Positions 63,867 through 64,000 of a stretch of DNA of 64,000 nt are shown one piece after another. Source of the stretch: a virus. The position numbers and the translations under genes are program-made. A model generated the notes under the pieces. It was not told where the DNA came from and ran no database searches. It was given only the letters and a program-made list of their open reading frames with translations. Location of the stretch: positions 5,809-69,808 of the IMG/VR virus record IMGVR_UViG_3300007790_000161, one strand, 5' to 3'. The stretch's first letter is position 1, and the number at the start of each line of letters is the position of its first letter.

Positions 63867-64000
63867 AGGTTAAGCCCGTCACCTATGAACCTATTGATGA
63901 CGAGTTGAATGGTAGCGTCGCCCTTTTGCAGGCAGCGGCGGCCCTTGACGCAGCAGTGTACCTTGCTGTAGAGTCAAAGAATGTTGAAAAGTTGATGGAT
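63860..64000 (+). CDS. hypothetical protein truncated by the window edge
   Basis: RBS AAGGAG; TTG start; open to the end of the window. Confidence 0.55.
   Translation, partial: MVKVKPVTYEPIDDELNGSVALLQAAAALDAAVYLAVESKNVEKLMD

Overview
The window is a 64-kb segment of a large, apparently lytic, long-tailed dsDNA phage of Streptomyces or a close actinomycete. Its gene order resembles the cluster BE/BK-type siphoviruses; this is an inference, no database search was run. It has five parts. (1) 1-13.1 kb: a rightward arm of small accessory genes (DUF932, HNH, NlpC/P60, metallophosphoesterase, SprT, a kinase-like gene, many membrane peptides). It is punctuated about 22 times by a GC-rich hairpin followed immediately by AAGCTT, and it contains a structured non-coding region with an anticodon-less tRNA-like fold. 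(2) 13.2-21.3 kb: a compositionally distinct block, probably the terminal repeat or first-transcribed region. It starts with about 1.1 kb of non-coding DNA carrying DnaA boxes and a Crp-like palindrome. Next comes a promoter and leader that closely resemble the Streptomyces rRNA-operon leader including boxA, then a structured leader and early genes separated by long RNA hairpins, two of which encode minimal kinases. (3) 21.3-26.3 kb, leftward: C5-methyltransferase, ThyX, three tRNA-Thr plus a degenerate tRNA-Ile, Dps and an Rpf-like transglycosylase. (4) 26.5-60.5 kb, rightward: two glycosyltransferases, class II ribonucleotide reductase, endolysin, portal, protease/scaffold, capsid, head-tail proteins, major tail, frameshifted tail chaperone, tape measure, minor tails and a 2021-aa fibre. 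(5) 60.5-64 kb: HNH, phosphoesterase, holin and a DNA-binding protein. No terminase, integrase, CRISPR array or rRNA gene was seen. The strongest novelty candidates are the rRNA-leader mimic with its structured early operon, the hairpin-AAGCUU array, three kinases truncated at the DFG motif, and the anticodon-less tRNA mimic.
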